Source: Eledone cirrhosa
Taxonomy: Eukaryota
Reading direction: 5' to 3'
Assembly: GCA_964016885.1 (NCBI GenBank)
Contig: OZ024741.1
Location: 216,504,001 to 216,568,000 of the forward strand
DNA: 64,000 bases
Shown here in pieces: positions 53,265 to 62,658 of the stretch (its first letter is position 1; the number at the start of each line of letters is the position of its first letter). Under the pieces are notes generated by a model that made no database searches, had not been told where the DNA came from, and saw only the letters and a list, made by a program, of their open reading frames with translations. A program made the translations under genes and the position numbers.

Positions 53265-54200
53265 AGGTCAACTTTGCCTTTTGTCCTTTCGAGGTCGATA
53301 AAAAAAGTACCAGTCTAGTACTGGGGTTGATTCTTCCTCTATATCTCTTTCTCATTTCCTCTCTCTTACTTTCTATCTTTCTCTGGAAGAAATCTGCTGA
53401 ACTCAGGCCTAGAAGGGATGGGTTCCGCCAGCCTTAAAATGTCCATGAAACGCCGTATGTTAATACGGCTCCCCTACGAGTCTATCAGGAGTTACGGGAC
53501 CATACCATACCATACCATACCATACCATACCATACCATACCATACCATACCATAACATACCATACCATACTATAACATACCATACCATACCATACCATAA
53601 CATACCATACCATACCATACCATACCATAACATACCATACCATACCATACCATACCATACCATACCATAACATACCATACCATACCATACCATAACATAC
53701 CATACCATACCATACCATACCATACCATACCATACCATAACATACCATAACATACCATACCATACCATACCATACCATACCATACCATAACATAACATAC
53801 CATACCATAACATACCATACCATACCATACCATACCATACCATACCATACCATACCATACCATAACATACCATACCATACCATACCATACCATACCATAC
53901 CATACCATACCATACCATACCATACCTTACTCATTATTTAGATCCACTTTAGCTTTCATCCTTTCGAGGTGGATACCAATCAAGTACTAGGGTTGATTCT
54001 TCTTCTATATCGCTTTCTTACTCTCTCTCTGTCTCTCTCTCTCTCCCTCCCTCTCTCACTCTCTCTCTCTAGCCCTCTCTGGAAGAAATCTGCTGTATTC
54101 AGACCTGGAGAGGAGATAGGCTCCACCAGGTTTGAAATGCCCATGAAACGCCTATTACTCCAACAGGAGTTACGGGACTTTCACATCACATCACATACTC
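53265..54200 (+). mobile_element. Two tandem truncated Meta-domain SINE variants ending in pentamer tails; the first expanded to (CATAC)n at 53499-53926
   Basis: Shared CCTTTCGAGGT...CTCTGGAAGAAATCTGCTG...CAGGAGTTACGGGAC at 53265-53500 and 53950-54180. Confidence 0.65.
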
Positions 54201-54607
54201 AATATATTTAGGTAAATTTAAATAAAATAAACCTTTAAATCATTTATTAAGCTATTATATGGTTTGAGAACTTTCAACAGTCATCTCAATTAGTTATATA
54301 TACTCTGTGGTATTATATGTCCCTAACGGCTTCTACTCTTAAAACATATTTTCTAAACTTCTGTTTCTGTCTATAATGACAAAAATATTAAGCTTGAAAA
54401 TACTATTACTTGGAAGTAGCAACTCTTTTTTTATTAACTTACAAACAAGTATATGTGAGTGCACATATATATATATATATATATATATCTCTTGGTAGAT
54501 TTATCTACATAATATATATATATATATATATATAATATATTTAAAAACACACAGATACATGCGGACACACACATATATACATGAATGCATCCGCACCCAA
54601 CTGTGAG

Positions 54608-54641
<34 letters not shown>

Positions 54642-54691
54642 AATGAATAATAACAGGTAGACATCATAAAAAGGTAATTTTAATCCTACAC

Positions 54692-54732
<41 letters not shown>

Positions 54733-54756
54733 GTGATTCATGTGGTAGTGTATATT

Positions 54757-54801
<45 letters not shown>

Positions 54802-55056
54802 TGGTGATTCATATGGTAGTGTTGACTAGTCGAAGATATTTGATTCATGGCAACCATGTTAGAGCCTGTAGAAAATATTCGAGACTGCCAAGAGCCGAGA
54901 TAATTGTCGAAGGCTATACTCCAGCATGAAAGGTGATGAATTGGAACGAGTAATTAGAAGGTCGCAAAGAATGATTCACGGAATTCGTATTTACTTTCTG
55001 AGCTCTCTGAGTTCTAATCCCACCGAAGTCAACTTTGCCTATCATTGCCCCACCGG

Positions 55057-55468
55057 CGGGGATTTTACATAAAATCTTTAACACTGATGAATAACAATAA
55101 ACTATATATAAAATAAAACAATCGAAATCCCCATTAGTGGGGAACGTTACTGCGGGGTTGTACCAGGAACACGTTTTGTAGGTGTTCTCGTCTTCCCTCT
55201 GTTTATCTTCCTCAAGCTACAGGTTTATATACAGAGAAGGCCCATTCACTCGGGCCATCTTCGCCACATTCACCTACCTTTTAGCGAATTTACTGGAGTG
55301 TAGCACCTCTCTCTCCACTCTCACCTTCCTTCTGAAGTGGTACTTAAAGAAGGGGATGAGTTGTTGTCCGGAGAGAAAGGTGTTTGCCCTCAGTCCTTTT
55401 AACCTCGTCCACCATATTACCTCTTTCGCCATACAGAGGAAAACCGCCTCTTCTTCATTCTTAAATGA
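55057..55468 (-). mobile_element. 5'-truncated Tx1-clade LINE copy (ORF2 C-terminus + 3'UTR)
   Basis: FKNEEEAVFLC..KEVIWWTRLKGLR... homologous to the ORF2 end; joins (GATA)n. Confidence 0.85.
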
Positions 55469-55497
55469 TAGATAGATAGATAGATAGATATATAGAT

Positions 55498-55750
55498 ATT
55501 TTTCTTTATTAGCCACAGGGGCACAAAAGAAGGGGACAAATACAAAGGGGGAAGTTTACATACAATAAAAACGTGTAAAATGTTATCACAAATGCAATTT
55601 AAAAAATTAGTCGATTTTCCCCAATAGGGGAGACAGTTCATATGGGTAACACATACCCCCGAAAAAATGGAAACCCTCATCTCCAGGAGTACGAAGAGTT
55701 TGTACTCCTTTCCTCTCCTCCTCCTTTTCCTCAACCTACAGGCTGATATA
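55498..55750 (-). mobile_element. Tx1 3'UTR-only copy
   Basis: Near identical to 55768-56020. Confidence 0.9.
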
Positions 55751-56005
55751 GATAGATAGATAGATATATTTCTTTATTAGCCACAGGGGCACAAAAGAAG
55801 GGGACAAATACAAAGGGGGAAGTTTACATACAATAAAAACGTGTAAAATGTTATCACAGATGGAATTTAAAAGTTAGTCGATTTTCCCCAATAGAGGGAG
55901 ACAGTTTATATGGGTAACACAGACCCCCGAAAAAAATGTGCAACCCTCATCTCCAGGAGTACGAAGAGCTTGTACTCCTTTCCTCTCCTCCTCCTTTTCC
56001 TCAAC

Positions 56006-59000
56006 CTACAGGCTGATATAGAGAGAAGGCCCATTCACTCGGGCCATTCTCGCCACTTTCACCCACCTTTCATAAAACTTGCTGGGGTACAGCACCTCTC
56101 TCTCCATCCTGATTCTTCTTCCAAAGTGGTATTTGAAAAAAAGAATCAGTTGTTGGCCGGAGAGAAAGGTGTCTGACCTCAGCCCTTTCAACCTTGTCCA
56201 CCATACAACCTCTTTCGCCATAGCTATCACACAAAGGAAAACCGCCTCTCCTTCGTTTTTGAAGGAGGGTGGCGGTTTGATCATGACAATGGACTCGGTG
56301 GTCAACTGGATTGGTCCCACCCGCGACAATAGTCGTTCTACATAGCCCCACAGGTCAGTGACGCCCGGGCAGTGTATGAATGCGTGCGCGACGGTTTCTT
56401 CGTCTCGCACGCACCTCGGACAGATCTTTTTTGCAGGGTCCCTGCCCGGGCGCCCATGTCTGTAGAGCTTGTCTCGAACTGGTAGAGCTCCTCGGTAGCA
56501 CTGCCAGGCCAGGGACTTTTGGAAGTTGTCCATCGGTCCCGGGCGGAAGGTCCTACCGAACAGACTGGCCAGTTCATCTTCCTCCACGCCTAGAGTTTCA
56601 CCGAGCGCGTCGTCGCACTTGCTGCGGACCAACCCTCTATAGAATGACGAAGTGGAGTCTCCACTGATCGCCGGGTCCGCCTGCCAGAGGGCTGTGAGCG
56701 CCTGAGCACATTCGATGTGCCAGTCGCCCATTTTCCTCGGTCTCTGCTTGACCCAGGACTGTAGCTCGGTCAGTGAGACGAGTCGTGGGAAGGCTCGCCT
56801 CACGAACGGGGCCCACACCGGTTGTCCGGTGAGGAATACGTAGAGATGCCGCAGCCTGAGCGCGTGTTTGCGCATCGTCAACCACGGCATCCCCAGCCCT
56901 CCGTTAGAAGGGTGTTGGCAGCAGATGGATCTTCTTACCAAAGGAGCCCGCCTCTTCCAAAGGAATCGGAAGAGGGCGCGCTCCATTTTGGCGAGCGTTT
57001 TGGCTGGACAAGGCACGACGGTCAAGCGGTAGTAGATGGCGGACGCTATAAAAGTGTTCGCCACCTCCGCTCGACCTTTCAAGGATAGTTTGCACTCGGC
57101 CCACTTCTGGGTGAGTGCAAACACCTTGGCCGTCACTTCGTTCCAGTTCTTCTCCACCTGGAGGTCCGGACCAAACCAGACCCCGAGCAGCTTTACCGGT
57201 CCTTCCGTCCAGCGTCCGACGACGCCATCGGAAGGCATCGGTCTGCCTCTCCACGATCCGAGTTGCAAACCGATGGACTTGTCCCGGTTCAGCTTCGCTC
57301 CTGTGAGACTTTCGTATTCCTTTAGTAAGGTGCCGACTTTCTCGATTTGCGAGGCGCTCGACACCATTACTGTCACGTCGTCGGCGTAGGCCGACGCCGC
57401 TTTCCGCAGTCCCGGTTCCAGAGGGATGCCCTGCAATAGCTCCAGCTTCCGCAGTAGTGGTTCGAGAGTCAGTACGTACAGAAGGGAGGAGAGAGGGCAT
57501 CCCTGTCGAATGGATCGCGTAATATGGAACGGCTCCGAGAGGTAACCGTTCACCTTGACCCTTGAGCAGATGTTGCTGTTGTGCATTGCAGCAATCCAGC
57601 CCCTGAACACGGGTCCGAAGCCTGCCGCCTCGAGCACCGCATCCAGGTAACGATGGTCAACCCTATCGAAAGCCTTAGACTGATCCAAGTTGATCAGGGC
57701 CCCACCGAAGCCGGGTTTACACCCTACCCTCTCTATGATGTATCGCATGAGGTGGAGGTTGTCGTGTATGGACCTGGTCGGGATCGCGCATGTCTGCGCT
57801 TCTCCCACCAGGTTCTCGACGACAAGCGCCAGCCTCTTTGCCAACACCTTGGCCAAAATCTGTAACTCTGTGTTTAGCAGAGTTATGGGCCGGAAGTTGC
57901 CTATGTCATCCCCCTTATTCTCGTCCTTCCTGATTAGTGTGACCACGCCCCCGGTTACAGAATTGGGAATTCTCCCGTTCTGTTGCCAGTTGCAGTAGAC
58001 CGCTTCCAGGAGACCGGAGAATAAGTCCGGCATTGCTACGTAAAATTCGTAGGGTAGACCGTCGAGACCTGGAGATTTGCGTTTGCCGCATTGGCTCAGC
58101 GCGTCCCCTATCTCAGTGGCTGAAATCGGCTTTTCGCAGAACTTCGCCTCGCTGTCCGAGAGTCGCGGTAGGCCGTCGAGGTATGGACCGAAATCCATAG
58201 CCTCTCCCGGCGCGCCGCTCCCCCCGAACAGCCGAGCAAAGTGCCGCTGAAAAGCCGCACACATCTGCTTCGGCTCACGTATCACGCGTCCGTTTTGGTC
58301 CTTCAAAGACCGAATCGTGGACTTGTTGCCACTTTTTGCCTCCGTCACTCGGGCCCAGCTAACAGCTTTGGCTCCCTCGTTTCCCAGAGCACGTATTTTG
58401 CTTCTGACAACGCAGCCCTCGTGCTTTGCGTCGAAGAACTGGTCCAAGGCCGTTCTCGTTGCTAGCACGCTGGCTACGTTGCCACTTCTAATAGCCTCTT
58501 CTACTTTATCTACCAGTTCCTTCTCGGTTCTATTTCTATCTAACGCTAATTCTTTACTAAAAACTATCGAGTCTAATCTAACTGCCCTCTTGAGAGAGTA
58601 CCACCATCTGTTGTTGACAATGGCCCCTGTCAAGTGCTGTTTAACTAAAGTGCTAATCCGTCTACTGTAGGCTTTGCTTGTCGGTAACGACAAGTTCAGC
58701 TTCCAGTAGCCGGGTCCTTGTCTATGGGTTCTATCAAGGTTGGCCATGCAGGTCACTAGTTTGTGATCTGAATAGTCAACCATGAACATTTGTGGACAGC
58801 TTAACATGTCCCTATCCTTATTTCTAACTAGAACCCTATCTAGGTACGATCTAGATGTTCCGCTACGATTACTCCACGTCCACAGTGGCGCAGTCGGAAA
58901 ATCTAGTCGATATCTATCGGCCAGGTCAAATCGGTCGATTAACTGTTTGAGGCTGTTACACCCCCCTTTATCGGGACATGCTCCCACATAGTCCCAACGT

Positions 59001-59443
59001 GCATCTAGGATTCCATTCCAGTCCCCCACTAAAAGCAAGGAGCGGGACGTTCCCAGAAAAGTCTCTAGACGTTTGAAGAAGTCTGGCCGCGGTGTCCCGG
59101 ATGGGGCATATGCGGCCACCAGCCTGAACGCTCCACCTTCACTACCGTCAACGTCTAGGACCACCAGTCGACCCTCCGGGTCCAGATGTACCGTCTGTGT
59201 TACGAGGCCCAGGTGTTTCCGCAGCAAAACGGCAACTCCGCCCCCACCCCCCGGTTGACAGAGAGATGCGTAGATCTCAAAGTCATCGAAGATGGGGGCC
59301 AGCTGTCGCTCGCCGTGGATCCTGGACTCGCAAATGGCTACCACATCCAAACTGTGCGACCTGAGGTCGTTTAAGAGTTTGCCCTGTTTCCAGGGCATCC
59401 CCAGGCCGCGTACGTTCACACATCCAACTCTTATATTGGCCAT
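56006..59443 (-). CDS. Tx1 ORF2: APE endonuclease + reverse transcriptase + CCHC zinc finger (1145 aa, uninterrupted)
   Basis: NVRGL, GDWN, YLDR, SDH; WKLN; KSPGLDG, FRPITLLN, LDQSKAFDRV, RQGCPLS, YADD; CPRC..EETVAHAFIHC. Confidence 0.95.
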   Translation of the reverse strand: MANIRVGCVNVRGLGMPWKQGKLLNDLRSHSLDVVAICESRIHGERQLAPIFDDFEIYASLCQPGGGGGVAVLLRKHLGLVTQTVHLDPEGRLVVLDVDGSEGGAFRLVAAYAPSGTPRPDFFKRLETFLGTSRSLLLVGDWNGILDARWDYVGACPDKGGCNSLKQLIDRFDLADRYRLDFPTAPLWTWSNRSGTSRSYLDRVLVRNKDRDMLSCPQMFMVDYSDHKLVTCMANLDRTHRQGPGYWKLNLSLPTSKAYSRRISTLVKQHLTGAIVNNRWWYSLKRAVRLDSIVFSKELALDRNRTEKELVDKVEEAIRSGNVASVLATRTALDQFFDAKHEGCVVRSKIRALGNEGAKAVSWARVTEAKSGNKSTIRSLKDQNGRVIREPKQMCAAFQRHFARLFGGSGAPGEAMDFGPYLDGLPRLSDSEAKFCEKPISATEIGDALSQCGKRKSPGLDGLPYEFYVAMPDLFSGLLEAVYCNWQQNGRIPNSVTGGVVTLIRKDENKGDDIGNFRPITLLNTELQILAKVLAKRLALVVENLVGEAQTCAIPTRSIHDNLHLMRYIIERVGCKPGFGGALINLDQSKAFDRVDHRYLDAVLEAAGFGPVFRGWIAAMHNSNICSRVKVNGYLSEPFHITRSIRQGCPLSSLLYVLTLEPLLRKLELLQGIPLEPGLRKAASAYADDVTVMVSSASQIEKVGTLLKEYESLTGAKLNRDKSIGLQLGSWRGRPMPSDGVVGRWTEGPVKLLGVWFGPDLQVEKNWNEVTAKVFALTQKWAECKLSLKGRAEVANTFIASAIYYRLTVVPCPAKTLAKMERALFRFLWKRRAPLVRRSICCQHPSNGGLGMPWLTMRKHALRLRHLYVFLTGQPVWAPFVRRAFPRLVSLTELQSWVKQRPRKMGDWHIECAQALTALWQADPAISGDSTSSFYRGLVRSKCDDALGETLGVEEDELASLFGRTFRPGPMDNFQKSLAWQCYRGALPVRDKLYRHGRPGRDPAKKICPRCVRDEETVAHAFIHCPGVTDLWGYVERLLSRVGPIQLTTESIVMIKPPPSFKNEGEAVFLCVIAMAKEVVWWTRLKGLRSDTFLSGQQLILFFKYHFGRRIRMEREVLYPSKFYERWVKVARMARVNGPSLYISL

Positions 59444-59476
59444 GTTGGTGCTGAAAAGTTAAAAGAGGAAAAGAGA

Positions 59477-61393
59477 TCACTCACCCTTCGCCTCCTGGGG
59501 ACCAGGCCGCACGATTTCCATGGGGGTGTTGGAGGGGTTGTCTGGATGGGTGGTGGTTTCCGGCGGGGTGGGGACGCAGATGTTTGGTGGGGTGGGGTCT
59601 GGTGGGATGGGGGTGTCTGGGGTGGGGAGGCATTTGAGAAGGACGCGGTTGAGTGGTTTCACGCAGGAATTCCCCACATCCTTCTCAAATGTTTCTTTTA
59701 GGGACCTATAAGTTTGTATAGGGACCCTAATCAGTTTTAGGTTCATTTTTTTGCTATTTTTTATAGAGTGGGCGAAAGTTTTCCCTTCGGTGAAAACCGA
59801 AGGGTCGTTGGTAATGGTCTCCATTAGTGTTTTGTTTTCAGTGTTTATGTAAGTGTAAGTGTAATTTTCTTGTGTTGTGTTTGTTTTTGTCTGTAGTTCT
59901 TGTGTGTGCTTTCGTTTTGTTGTAGGTATTTTGTTTTCAGGAGGTGGGGGTTTTGTTTGTGATATTTTTGTTGTTTGTGTTGGTGGTTGTATGTTTGTGG
60001 TAGTGTTTGCTGGTTTTTTGCTTTTGTGATGTCTTTTCTTTCTTTTCGAGCGATGGGGTTCTCCCTCGTCTTCACTGGGTGATGGCGAGATAGCCTCATC
60101 TGTTGTATCGTCTGTGTGATTGGGGAGGGGTATGTCTTGGGGAGCTGTTGTGTCTGTATGTGATTTTGCAGTGGTTTTAGGTGGAGTGAGGTTGGGTGGG
60201 ACTGTGTTTGTTGTGGTTATTTTTGTGTGTTGGTGTTGTTGTTGTAGTGGTGGTGTTGGTGGTTGTGTTGTTTTGATGGGTGTTGGCAGAAGAGCCTTTT
60301 TTTGGTTCATTAGTTTAGGACAGGAAGCCCTCAGGTGACCCCTGCTAAAGCAATGGTAACATGAAGGCCGCCTACCCTCAACCGAAAGGTTTATGTAGGT
60401 AAGTCCGTCCAGGAGTACACGCTGTGGGATCATAGCTATTCGCTCTGGGCTCATTTGCACCAGAACTTCAATGCTAGTCCCATTGAATACATCTCTGGGG
60501 GACTTGCCTACTGACAGTATTCTGTCTTCATCAAAATTGATGAAGCCGCACAGTATCCACCATATGTTCACCTTTGGTGTGACACTTGTGATTCTGATCT
60601 TTTGTGTCCTTTTTCCCATGTATGTAGGGAAAAAGGTGTACAGGTTGGATACAATTGGCGACACAGAGTAATTTTGGGCCGTCAATTGATCCTTCATCAG
60701 TACCGAAATACTCCCAAAAAGTTTGCTTCTTTGAATGAATGCAATATCATTCATTGAATCTTTGAAAACCAGTTCAATATCTTTCTGTGACAATTGGACT
60801 GGTTTTCGGGTAGAATTGGAAACTGTCCTAAAAACTATCGTTTTGAGAGCAGTTTCCTTGCGAATTTCTACCGGAGAATTGATGCTGAAAGCACCATTTT
60901 TTTCGAAGGTGACATATCTCTTAGCGTCCTTTAAAAGGTGTTCAGCATTTGTTATGTCGAGATATATCAATTGTTCTTTCTTTTGAACTTTCTCCGCAAA
61001 GGAGATTTTTGGTTTCTTTGTGGAATCCGTATTGGTGGTGTTGTCATTATTGTTGTTATTCTTGTTGTTATTCTTGTTGTCACCGATGTTGGTATCATCC
61101 GTATTTTCCTTGGTGTTGTTGTTGTCTTTGATGCTGGTGTTATTGGCGTTGTCTTTATTTTTTTCTTTGTTGTTGTTATCATTGTTGCTTTTATCATCAT
61201 TATTGGTTTTGCTGTTATTTTTGTTGTCATTGAGCTGTTTGGTGTCATTTGTGTTGTTTGGATGTGAATTCGTTTTTTTATTTTCATTTTGTCTTTCCAT
61301 CTCTATAGTATCTAGTGAAGAAGACGTTGTTGACTGCGAGCTTTGTAGTCTTACCGCCTCTCCACCACCATTATCGTTGGACGCAGCGTTCAT
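59477..61393 (-). CDS. Tx1 ORF1 (gag-like, zinc knuckle; 638 aa)
   Basis: CYHCFSRGHLRASC (CX2CX4HX4C) preceded by VEGRRPS; N/D/K-rich N-terminus, P/T-rich C-terminus; directly upstream of ORF2. Confidence 0.88.
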   Translation of the reverse strand: MNAASNDNGGGEAVRLQSSQSTTSSSLDTIEMERQNENKKTNSHPNNTNDTKQLNDNKNNSKTNNDDKSNNDNNNKEKNKDNANNTSIKDNNNTKENTDDTNIGDNKNNNKNNNNNDNTTNTDSTKKPKISFAEKVQKKEQLIYLDITNAEHLLKDAKRYVTFEKNGAFSINSPVEIRKETALKTIVFRTVSNSTRKPVQLSQKDIELVFKDSMNDIAFIQRSKLFGSISVLMKDQLTAQNYSVSPIVSNLYTFFPTYMGKRTQKIRITSVTPKVNIWWILCGFINFDEDRILSVGKSPRDVFNGTSIEVLVQMSPERIAMIPQRVLLDGLTYINLSVEGRRPSCYHCFSRGHLRASCPKLMNQKKALLPTPIKTTQPPTPPLQQQHQHTKITTTNTVPPNLTPPKTTAKSHTDTTAPQDIPLPNHTDDTTDEAISPSPSEDEGEPHRSKRKKRHHKSKKPANTTTNIQPPTQTTKISQTKPPPPENKIPTTKRKHTQELQTKTNTTQENYTYTYINTENKTLMETITNDPSVFTEGKTFAHSIKNSKKMNLKLIRVPIQTYRSLKETFEKDVGNSCVKPLNRVLLKCLPTPDTPIPPDPTPPNICVPTPPETTTHPDNPSNTPMEIVRPGPQEAKGE

Positions 61394-61617
61394 AACGTAA
61401 TCAAAATTTTACAATATTTTTTCCAAGATTCGATGGAGAAAAATTTTTTAAATGGATATTCCGCCCCTGAAGGGGCGAAAATGAGTTGACCCACCACCTG
61501 AAGGTCCAGACGGGTGGTCAAGTTACACAATGATATAAAATTGAACTAAAAACTCACGTTTTTTCCTTACATAAATTAACGGAAACTTCTCCGCGAAGTG
61601 ACACACGACTGATAGAG

Positions 61618-61694
<77 letters not shown>

Positions 61695-61707
61695 AACAGA
61701 TAGATAT

Positions 61708-61957
61708 ATTTGTTTATTAGCCACAAGGGCGCACAAGAAAAGGGGACAAAACAAAGACACATGCCGGGGATTATACATACATTCGTGTAAAAATATGAAA
61801 CAAACAATTATAACAATCGAAATCCCCAATAGTGGGGAAGCGCCACAAATGGGTTGTTTAATACCCCGTCGATAGAACAACCCTCAACTCCAGGAGCGTG
61901 TTGTGCAAGTGCTCTTTTCTTCCTTTTGCTCTCTTCTTTAACCTACAGGCTTATAAA
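61708..61957 (-). mobile_element. Tx1 3'UTR-only copy (diverged subfamily)
   Basis: TTTATTAGCCAC...AACCTACAGGCT between GATA tracts. Confidence 0.85.
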
Positions 61958-61976
61958 TAGATAGTAAGATAGATAA

Positions 61977-62144
61977 ATTTCTTTATTAGCCACACGGGCA
62001 CAAAAGAAGGGGACAAATACAAATGGGGAGTTTACATACAGGTATATGAAAATAAAACTACTAATACAGCAACAAATAACAATTGTGATCCCCAATAGGG
62101 GGGAGGCGTTACACAGGGGTCGTACACACCCCGAAAAAATGTAC
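61977..62144 (-). mobile_element. Tx1 3'UTR-only copy
   Basis: TTTCTTTATTAGCCACACGGGCACAAAAGAAGGGGAC... Confidence 0.85.
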
Positions 62145-62159
62145 AGATAGATAGATATG

Positions 62160-62418
62160 TTTCTTTATTAGCCACAGGGGCACAAAAGAAGGGGACAAAT
62201 ACAAAGAGGGAAGTTTACATACAATAAAAACGCGTAAAATGTTATCACAAATGCAATTGAAAAGTTAATCGATTTTCACCAATAGGGGGAGATATTTCAT
62301 ATGGGTAACACATGCCGCCGAAAAAATGTGCAATCCTCATCTCCAGGAGTACGAAGAGTGAGTACTCCTTTCCTGTCTTCCTCTTTTTCCTCAACCTACA
62401 GGCTGATATAGAGAGAAA
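62160..62418 (-). mobile_element. Tx1 3'UTR-only copy
   Basis: Near identical to 55768-56028. Confidence 0.9.
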
Positions 62419-62658
62419 ATAGATAGATAGATAGATAGATAGATTTCTTTATTTACCATAAAGGCATAAAAAGAAGGGACAAATACAAAGAGGGAGTTTA
62501 CATATAATCGAGTAAAAAGGGTGTAACATGAAAATAATCGAAAATAACCTCAAAAGGGAGGGGACGTGATGGGGGTTGCACACACCCCCGAAAAAGTGTG
62601 CAATCCTTTGCCCGGGGAGCACATGGAGAAGGTGCTCCCCTCTCCTTTACTTCTTTAC

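Larger units (their letters stand above)
55768..61611 (-). mobile_element. Full-length Tx1-clade (L1 group) non-LTR retrotransposon inserted in (GATA)n
   Basis: 5'UTR, ORF1, 33-nt spacer, ORF2, 3'UTR ending GTGGCTAATAAAGAAA; GATA repeats on both sides. Confidence 0.93.

Noticed and set aside
55084-55135. CTGATGA...GAAA in the Tx1 3'UTR remnant
   Set aside because: No pairing for stem I or II; chance match.
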